Shown here: in pieces, positions 56,553-64,000 of the stretch
Numbering within the stretch: the stretch's first letter is position 1
Layout: each line of letters begins with the position of its first letter
Source of the DNA: Naegleria gruberi
Taxonomy: Eukaryota
Strand: one strand, 5' to 3'
Assembly (NCBI GenBank): GCA_000004985.1
Contig: GG738883.1
DNA length: 64,000 nt
Program-made: the position numbers and the translations under genes
Notes under the pieces: model-generated
What the model was told of the DNA's origin: nothing
Database searches by the model: none
What the model saw: the letters and a program-made list of their open reading frames with translations, nothing else

Positions 56553-59131
56553 ATGTCGTCGTTCAATAACAACACTACCACACCACTTTCTCAACATGTA
56601 GTGGACGAAACTCAACTAAACACTGCTTCAATGATGTTAACAGTAACACAAGCATCATCAAATAATCTCGCAAAACTCGACACCAATGATAATTCCCCTT
56701 CTCCTGTAAATAATAACAATAGCCATTCGAATAACAATACGAATCATCAATTATTAGACGAAAGACAAAGTAATCATCACCATGCTAGACACGGTTCAAA
56801 TATTTCTGGATTTTCCAATCAATCTAATCAACACCACAATCATTCCCAACAAAATTCTCAGAATGTTAATCCTAAACACTCTCCAGCACTTTCGCATAAT
56901 GCTATTCACATAGACGAAACTTCAACTTTTACTAATTCACCACTGGCAGACCTTCTTTCACAAATGGATATTTATAATTGGGAAGATTTCGTGAAGAATA
57001 TGACACATTACCATCACGGTTCAAGAACTAATAGTTTTCTGACAAATGCCAGTTCGGCAACCCCAAGAGATTTGACACCTAATCAAATGAATGGACATTT
57101 GGCACCTCCAGGAAGTACTGAAAATCAAAATTCAAATACTCCAAGACCTGAAATTCATCTACCAACTGCCACGACAGGTTCAATGTCAGATGCTCCTAAA
57201 ATGACAATTTCCAAACTGTCAAGATATTATTCTATTGTCTTGGTTGTCAGAAGATATGTCAGACATGGTGGATGTGGTTTCTGTAACAGACGTATTGTTG
57301 AACTAGTCAATTGGTTCAAGAGTTTATTACAAATTGGAATTATTCCAGTTGTTTTGCATTCAGAAAGTGAAGAGGAAGGAAACGATTTCTTCCATCATTT
57401 TAAAAATCCAAATATTGCTCACATTCCAAGAGTTTCAGATCCAAAATATGAAATTTCGTCTACTTTATTGAAAATGTCTGGATCAACTCCGTTGGTTTTC
57501 AAGGATTTGACATTTATGGAAGGAATGAAAGTTTTTCCACATTACAAATCAGCTCTCAAGGAAGGATATTCTTTCCAAACTGACAAGACGAAGGAATTTG
57601 AGGAAACTTCAAAATTATTAGTTCCAAAAATGTTGCTTATTAGAAATAATCAAGTTGTTCATGTGGTAAGTAGTAATTGAAATTCTTATTGAAATTGGAT
57701 GCATTGAATTATTTGTGAATTTATATTCATAGTGGGATCATGGTTTTGGTGAGGGAGCTCCAGATATTCTCAGTACTGTTGTTTTGAAATTGCCATGGCT
57801 TGTCATGACGACAAATGACATGATGTCTGGAAGAACTGGAGGAGATTTGACTGATCTTCACACAAGAGGTTCGATATCTTCCAACATTACTGATATGGAA
57901 ATGAGAAATAATTACCTAGGAATTCCAACTAATGTAACTCGTAAGATTTCAAGTGGAGGTAATTCTCCAGGAAGAAAGATTTCGAATACTTCAAGTAATG
58001 GAGGACTTCATGTTCCTCATGGAAGCACCACCTCTCAGAATCATCATTATTTGGGAACAAGTGTGGAAAGTGTATCAAAGAGAGCCATTTCTGGTTCTCC
58101 AGCAGCTAATGGAGGACATTCACCAAAAGTTCAACAAGGAGGACATTCAATTCAATATTATTTGGATCAACTCTCTCACAATCAACCTAAGAATCCAGTG
58201 GTGGATTCTACTGATCAGGAACAAGATGCATTCGATGTCATTTCACCAACTGAGAATGCTCCAGGAGGAGATACCAAGCTCCTTCTCTCTCCATCAAAGA
58301 AGGTTCAATCAGCTGAGGAATTGCAAATTGAGGATATCAAGCCAGAATTAGTGGATATTCCAGATTTACCAATTGGTAGACATACACCTAGGTCTGTGGA
58401 CTCATCATCTGATGCTAATAACATGTTTGATTTATCAAAATTGAAATTCAAACTCACATACTTTAGAAAAATGGAGGGAACCCTCGATTTTGAAAAAGTT
58501 GACCAAGAACAATTGAGAGAAGAAGAAAAGACCAAAACACAACAAGCTAGGGAACTTCTCAAAAAGAAACAAAAGAGGAGTTTTTCATGTTTTGCAAAAC
58601 AGGCAGAACCAATTGAGGATTATTCAAGTGATGTGGCAGCAATTAAAGTGAATCTCCAATCCATTCTAGTTGACGAAGAAAAGAGAAAGTACTTCAAAAT
58701 ATTTGCCATGAAGGAATTCAATGCTGAAGTAAGTATTTGTTACAACAATTTGGAATTTCTAACACTATTAGAATATCTTCTTTTGGGAGGATGTCAATTT
58801 GATTTACAAGAAACTCTTCTTGGATCTTCATAACGTCTCAACTTCCAATGAGGAACTCAGAGAAAAAATTCAGTCAACTGCCAAATATCTCACTGGAAAA
58901 TATTTCTTGGACGAACTGAGTCTTTTCATTTTGAATACTTCCAATAATCTCAAACATAATGTTATCAATTCCACAAAATCTAACGATTTCTTCTCAACCG
59001 ACGATTGTAAATTCCTCTACGATGATGTTCTCTTGGAAGTTATGACAACTGTCTTACCTGACATGTATTATAGATTTATTGCTTCACCTCAATATCAAAT
59101 CATGTTGAAAGATTTGAGAAGAAGTAGATAA
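56553..59131 (+). CDS. RGS-domain protein with long S/N/H-rich N-terminal region; join(56553..57665,57733..58728,58772..59131)
   Basis: Intron 1 is 67 nt (GTAAGT...TCATAG). Intron 2 is 43 nt (GTAAGT...TATTAG). The RGS domain spans intron 2: ...KRKYFKIFAMKEFNAE|NIFFWEDVNLIYKKLFLDLHN...YYRFIASPQYQIMLKDL. The three ORF-track pieces (56553.., 57784.., 58799..) are joined in phase. Confidence 0.65.
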
Positions 59132-59187
59132 ATTGATTAGATCATTATCAAATAAACACTTTATTTTAAAAATTGGATCTTTGATAT

Positions 59188-59919
59188 CTACAGATTAGTT
59201 TGTGTTTGTTCATTCGAATCTCCAGTGAGTAAATAAAGAAGCGCCAAAAGAATACTAATATTATCATTGGGCACGTTTTCGTTATTGGGAGGACTTTCTA
59301 CTACATTCGAATGACCATTATCACTAGCATGTGTCGAAGCATCTCCGTTTGATTTAGTTTCTGAAAGAGGCGACGAATGAGTTTCAAATTGCATGGACGA
59401 ATTAGTTGCATGTTCATTCGAATTTTCAATTATTTCAGATGTTACAATATTACTCTGAGAACATTCAATGAGTTTGAATTTCTTCAACTGATTAGTTCCA
59501 TTGCTATTGTCGTACTCAAAGTAATTATCGAGGAATGGTTTGGTACTTAATGATTTTCTCAGTTTTGATATTTTAAAACTACTTTCGTCCTGTTTCTTCC
59601 TAATTTTCTTTTTTACATTCCATGTTTCATCGACAAATGTCATTTCCTTCTTTCCATTCACCTTCCTATAATCCACACCCACATGTACTACTTTACAGTT
59701 AGCAGTAGCATGTGATGTTCCAACATTACCACTTGACTCACATTCATGCATGTGAGCATTATCATGTTGAGCATGTGTGTCATCTGCATGTTTCTCTTTC
59801 TCATCTACATGTTGCATGCCATCCATTATTACTTGCATGCCACTAACAACAACCACATTCACATGTTCAACCTGTTGTTGTTGTTGACCATCATCAACAA
59901 TGACATGCATTCTTTCCAA
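59188..59919 (-). CDS. hypothetical His/Asn-rich protein with C-terminal hydrophobic segment
   Basis: 243-aa ORF. Low complexity. Possible tail anchor ISILLALLYLLTG. Confidence 0.3.
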   Translation of the reverse strand: MERMHVIVDDGQQQQQVEHVNVVVVSGMQVIMDGMQHVDEKEKHADDTHAQHDNAHMHECESSGNVGTSHATANCKVVHVGVDYRKVNGKKEMTFVDETWNVKKKIRKKQDESSFKISKLRKSLSTKPFLDNYFEYDNSNGTNQLKKFKLIECSQSNIVTSEIIENSNEHATNSSMQFETHSSPLSETKSNGDASTHASDNGHSNVVESPPNNENVPNDNISILLALLYLLTGDSNEQTQTNL

Positions 59920-61305
59920 TTAGAAGCAACTTTTCAAAGATGTCAAGTAAAGTGATCAGTACAATACTATATTGAATATTGATTATGGAATATAGATAGT
60001 CTAGATGTATCTCTTTTTTTTCTCTGTTTTGCTGTACAACACACTCTACACAACTCTATTCTGACACATTGTGCGGACTATTTGAGTACAGTGCTATTGG
60101 ATATTTGATATTAACTGATCGAAACTACTGCTCTCACTTACTTGAACGAAATATTTTAATATTTCAAGAGAAAAGATTATTTGGCTTTAATTGATTTGTT
60201 TTTTTTAAAGTTGTTTTATTGAGCACTCAACATGCCTCCACCTCAGCGAGTTCTATTCTCAACAAATACTCAATCACATTGAGTTGGTATAGTAATTAGA
60301 GTTGCAGTTGCGAAAATATTGAAATGCTTTATTGTTACCTTATTCATTCAAAATTTCTGGATTTGGGGTTAGGGACCTTAAAAGGATTTCCCTAAAAACA
60401 ATGAACTTCTCAATGGTTAATTCTTATGGTAATGTAATTGCACTAAATAGCATGAAAAGGGAATACTCGATTTGACTTGGAGAAATTCTATTCTAAACTG
60501 GCAAGTCTTTCGAATAGAGCTCTATAATCCGTTCTATTTGATAGGCCACTTGTTTGTGTCTCCAATACACTCAAATTTTCGAAATGGTTTTGTTTAACTG
60601 CACACCACTGAAACAAAATTTGGAAAAAGTTCAAAACAACATTATAAACAAGATTAAACACGTTTGAGAAATTATCTTTGTTATTGGTTTCTAATATTTA
60701 GTAGTCCGCAAGTGGTATGGTTTCGACACTTTTTTTTGGTTATTCTATTGTTTCCAGAGTGTAAGTCTTATGGCTGGAGAATTACAGTAATCTAAGCTAT
60801 TGGAGCAAAACTTGGACGAAAATGAATTCTCTTAATTTATCAGTTTCGAATAATTAAGGATTACTCAAAGATTCATTGTTATCTGATAGAGTTAATAATT
60901 TCAATTAACACAATCTGTTTCCAATAAGACAATAACGAATCGCTTCATGGAAATTCTTCATATTGACAACATAAATTGATTTGCTGAAGAACGAATCTCT
61001 ACGAATCTCATTCAACATGGACTGTATCTCACTTCATTAGAGGCCATTCAACATGCCAAACATCAAAAATTTCACATTTTAAAGTTAACATCACACTGTT
61101 AATTCAACCTCACTACTTTATCAACTATTGCAATATCTTATCCATGATAATGAATTCTCTCAATAAAAAAAACTTCTTTCGAGTTCATCATGCACTGAAG
61201 CTGTCACCTGTTTAGTCAGTCATTAATCGTGTCACTGCAAAAATTGTGAAGACCAAAATACAAAATTAAACTAACTCAAAGTGTGCTCGCTACTACATCA
61301 AAAAA

Positions 61306-62376
61306 ATGTCACACAAGTCACTTATCATTTTATTACTTGTCTCCATTGTGTTATCAGTTCTATTCATCACCAACGTCCAAGCAGCTGGTAAATCATCTGG
61401 TTCTCGTTCTTCAGGTGGTTCCAGATCATCATCTTCAAGATCATCTTCCAGATCTTCAGGAGCTTCTCGTTCTCGTAGTTCTGCTTCTTCTTCAAGAGGT
61501 GGTAGATCATCATCTTCAGGAGGAGCTGCCAAGAGAGGTGGTTCTACAGCTTCAAAGAGAGGCGCTTCAGGTGCTGCTAGAGGTGCTAGAGGAGGTGCTG
61601 CTGGCAAGAGAGGAGGTAAAGCAGGTGCTTCTGCAGGTAGAAAATCAGCAGGTGCTGCAGGTGGTAAAAAAGGAAAGAAGGGTGGAAAGGCAGCAGGTGC
61701 TGCTGGAGCTGCTGCTGGAGGTAAAAAAGGAAAGAAGGGTTTGAAAGGTGGTTTGGGAAAGAAATTGTTGGATAAGGCTAAGGGAGCTGCTCAAGATGCT
61801 TTGAATGGAGGTGCTGGTGGTGAAGGTGGTGGTGATCAACAAGGAGGTGGAGATGCTTCACAAGGTCAACCAGAACAAGCTCAACAACAAGAACAAGGTC
61901 AACAAGCTGGAGGTGAACAACCACAACAAGGAGGTGAACAAGCTGTTCAACAACCAACTCAAGAAGGTTCTGCTGCTCCACAACAAGAGCAACAACAATC
62001 TGCTGGAGGTCAACCACAAGAACAATCTCAAGTTCCACAAGCTCAACAACAACAACAATCTGGTCCAACTGGTGGTCAACCACAAGAACAACAACAACAA
62101 CAATCTGCTGTTGGTGGAGGAGAAACTACTCAACAACAACAACAACAATCTGGTCCAACTGGTGGTCAACCACAACAAGAACAACAACAACAAGGAGGTG
62201 TTCAACAAAATGGAGGTTATCAACAAGGAGGTGCTCAACAAAATGGCGGAAATTCATATGTTCGTGGTGGAGGAAATAGACCAAATGGAAATTATATTAG
62301 ATCTTATTCAAGAGGAGGTAGAAGTGGTGTCTACATGAAGGTCAATATTAACATTAATGGTGCTCCAGCTCAATAA
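61306..62376 (+). CDS. secreted low-complexity protein (Ser/Arg-rich, Gly/Ala/Lys-rich, Gln/Glu-rich modules)
   Basis: Signal peptide MSHKSLIILLLVSIVLSVLFITNVQA. (SRSS)n block, (GGKKGKKG)n block and a Q-rich block containing a duplicated 20-aa unit QQQQQSGPTGGQPQEQQQQQ. Five overlapping out-of-frame ORFs in the track are artefacts of the low complexity. Confidence 0.6.
   Translation: MSHKSLIILLLVSIVLSVLFITNVQAAGKSSGSRSSGGSRSSSSRSSSRSSGASRSRSSASSSRGGRSSSSGGAAKRGGSTASKRGASGAARGARGGAAGKRGGKAGASAGRKSAGAAGGKKGKKGGKAAGAAGAAAGGKKGKKGLKGGLGKKLLDKAKGAAQDALNGGAGGEGGGDQQGGGDASQGQPEQAQQQEQGQQAGGEQPQQGGEQAVQQPTQEGSAAPQQEQQQSAGGQPQEQSQVPQAQQQQQSGPTGGQPQEQQQQQSAVGGGETTQQQQQQSGPTGGQPQQEQQQQGGVQQNGGYQQGGAQQNGGNSYVRGGGNRPNGNYIRSYSRGGRSGVYMKVNININGAPAQ
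62041..62200 (+). repeat. tandem duplication (period about 87 nt) of CAA-rich unit inside CDS
   Basis: The motif caacaacaacaacaatctggtccaactggtggtcaaccaca occurs at about 62044 and about 62131. Confidence 0.65.
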
Positions 62377-62726
62377 ATTTAGTGTAAAGGGTTCGAACAA
62401 AGAAGTTTGTGATGTTTTTTTGTGTTTTGAAATAGTGGAATGCATGGTTATTGGTTGGGATGTTTGTGTTGTGAAATTTTGACAAATTTGTCTTGTCCTT
62501 CCATGTGAACTTTGCCCTTTCAATAGTTGATTTAAATAGTTAAACCATTAACAATATTACAATAATCGAAAAAATTATTAAAAATTTGCATAATTCACTC
62601 CACGTCATTGCAAAACATTTCTGATTCCTTCCTCTCCAATCTACTCAGTATTTCTTTCAATATTTAATAAATAATATATTAAAACAAAAGCTGTAAATCA
62701 TCATCACAATAATTAATTAAAAAAAA

Positions 62727-64000
62727 ATGAATACAACAACGGAAGACATCTTTTCCGAAGCTACAAATTCCATTCCGATTAATAATAATAATACTGATGA
62801 AGATGAAACCATGATGCAAGCTGCGATCGGAACGTTTTCTGATTTATCACATCAAACCGAATTGATGATTTCAATCTTTGAATATTTACCTTTAAATAAT
62901 ATTGCCTTGTCTTGTGCTTTGACTTGTAAGGCTTGGAATTCAATGATTCGTGAAACTCAAACTCTGTGGAGAAGTGTTTGTTTAAATGAGTTGGGATGGC
63001 CTGTTAGTCTATCAACGGATGATGTTTTATTTCAAGAGGAATTGAAGGCAAAGATTGAGAAGGGAGAAATGGATGCATTGTCGTCACCTCTTCCTTCCAA
63101 TTCAAAGGATGATTTAACTAAATCGAATGGAAAACGTGCCATTTCAATTTGTGGAAAGAGTTTCATGTGGAAGGATTTGTGTTTCATGTTGAATCAACCT
63201 GCTACTTTGTACATGTTTAGTAATACTTTGGCTTCAAAGAGGGATTGCACTGAATTGTATAATGAAATTATGAATGAGAGTTATACGATTTTGGACGATA
63301 CATTCCCAGATGATAAGTTTATTGTCTTGAAGAATGCCAAACTGATTGATTGTATTTGTACAGAATTGTTAATTTTACAAAAGCAAAAAGTGTTAACTCA
63401 GATTATGAGCGACAAATTGTACGATATTTTCATTCCAGTTCTTGAGAAGATGAGAAAGGAACCATTGTCTACAGATTCAATTCAATTATTGAGATATAGA
63501 CAAATTGTTTTGGGAAAGAACAAGTTTAGTTTCTTATTCACAAAAAAGAATTTTGAAGATATGCAACAAGTCGTTCAAGAAAATATCAAAGGAAAATACT
63601 CATTATTTGGAGTTTATTTATTGAATGATGATGGTCATAATTTCCAAGAAGTTACCGATCAAGTGAAACGAGCTTTTAATAATGATATTGACTTTGATTA
63701 TTGTGATTCATTGGTATATAAGGCCCATTTTAATGATGAAACTTTGCTATTTGAGACTCGTGACTTTGATGTTGCTATGGAGGCAGTTAAAACCCTCTCT
63801 GCCATTGATTTACATTGCATTCTTACACTTCCAGAATATGATGCCTTGCAAACCATTAGAAGAAGATTTGCAATTAACAGTGAAATGTTGGAATTTTATA
63901 ATGAATTTGCTCCTGAGAATGCCAAATCAAACTTTGATAAGATATTGAAAAATTCAAGTAAGGATGAAAAGTTTGTTGTGGTTCTCTATCGTTCCATGCA
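62727..64000 (+). CDS. F-box-like protein, partial (runs off window end)
   Basis: ATG at 62727. 424 stop-free codons to the window end. F-box-like ELMISIFEYLPLNNIALSCALTCKAWNSMI near the N-terminus. Not in the ORF track because there is no stop. Confidence 0.5.
   Translation, partial: MNTTTEDIFSEATNSIPINNNNTDEDETMMQAAIGTFSDLSHQTELMISIFEYLPLNNIALSCALTCKAWNSMIRETQTLWRSVCLNELGWPVSLSTDDVLFQEELKAKIEKGEMDALSSPLPSNSKDDLTKSNGKRAISICGKSFMWKDLCFMLNQPATLYMFSNTLASKRDCTELYNEIMNESYTILDDTFPDDKFIVLKNAKLIDCICTELLILQKQKVLTQIMSDKLYDIFIPVLEKMRKEPLSTDSIQLLRYRQIVLGKNKFSFLFTKKNFEDMQQVVQENIKGKYSLFGVYLLNDDGHNFQEVTDQVKRAFNNDIDFDYCDSLVYKAHFNDETLLFETRDFDVAMEAVKTLSAIDLHCILTLPEYDALQTIRRRFAINSEMLEFYNEFAPENAKSNFDKILKNSSKDEKFVVVLYRSM

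Noticed and set aside
61283-62338. Five overlapping ORFs on both strands (61283-61744 +, 61293-61607 -, 61778-62083 -, 61805-62338 +, 61858-62241 -)
   Set aside because: All are alternative frames or antisense of the low-complexity CAA/GGT/GCT-rich CDS at 61306-62376. Only that frame has a signal peptide and a modular structure.
1-64000. Prokaryotic or giant-virus origin suggested by the dense long ORFs
   Set aside because: Multiple conserved domains are restored only by GT...AG splicing. The domains are eukaryote-type (calnexin, p24, PLC-delta, RGS, F-box). The tRNA has a Pol III oligo-T terminator. This is a compact eukaryotic nuclear genome.
1-64000. CRISPR arrays, rRNA genes, transposons or LTRs
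   Set aside because: No evenly spaced direct repeats with unique spacers. No rRNA-like conserved stretches. No transposase, integrase or RT ORFs and no terminal inverted repeats. All repeats found are in-frame coding microsatellites or minisatellites.

Overview
This window is nuclear DNA from an AT-rich eukaryote (about 65% A+T), not a prokaryote or virus. Genes sit on both strands at roughly one per 1.7 kb. Several conserved domains can be reconstructed only by removing short GT...AG introns of 40-200 nt. Donors seen are GTATGT, GTAAGT, GTTTGT, GTTAGT, GTTGGT and one GTTAGG (inferred; weaker match), with TAG or AAG acceptors. Many proteins carry poly-Q, poly-N or S/T-rich tracts. The genetic code is standard, with TAA as the usual stop codon. 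The mix of genes and features listed below suggests an amoeboid protist, most like the heterolobosean Naegleria; that is my inference from memory, not a database hit. Those genes and features are calnexin, a PLC-delta-like enzyme, a sterol C4-methyl oxidase-like enzyme, many F-box proteins, Sel1, NHL and RNI-LRR repeat proteins, very short introns, and a selenophosphate synthetase fused to a methyltransferase-like domain.

Confident calls:
- PLC-delta-like phospholipase C, 3 exons (14222-17429, + strand).
- Calnexin, 2 exons (18609-20413, - strand).
- Retinol-saturase/carotenoid-isomerase-like FAD oxidoreductase, 2 exons (20566-22570, - strand).
- UDP-glycosyltransferase (22898-24796, - strand).
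- SLC13/DASS-type permease with two TrkA-C-like domains (26020-29259, - strand).
- NHL-EGF type I membrane protein (30676-32445, - strand).
- cPLA2/PLB-like lipase (32522-35536, + strand).
- Sel1-repeat protein (36044-38263, - strand).
- Inositol monophosphatase (41479-42354, - strand).
- AS3MT-like methyltransferase fused to selenophosphate synthetase (42635-45028, - strand).
- p24/TMED cargo receptor (45901-46569, + strand).
- GH19 chitinase-like protein, 2 exons (48763-50071, - strand).
- Sterol C4-methyl oxidase-like hydroxylase (50522-51427, + strand).
- Zn2Cys6-SAM protein, 2 exons (52875-54729, - strand).
- tRNA-Asp(GUC) (55613-55683, + strand).
- RGS-domain protein, 3 exons (56553-59131, + strand).
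- Five F-box-like genes.

There are no CRISPR arrays, rRNA genes or obvious transposons. The most interesting features are:
- the methyltransferase-SPS fusion;
- a cPLA2-like lipase split by a roughly 600-aa polytopic membrane insert;
- an intron-containing GH19 chitinase with a Pro/Thr/Ser/Arg-rich repeat tail;
- a Zn2Cys6 DNA-binding motif split by a 40-nt intron and fused to a SAM domain;
- three secreted low-complexity proteins sharing Ser/Arg-rich modules;
- pervasive 40-70 nt micro-introns that break naive ORF calls.
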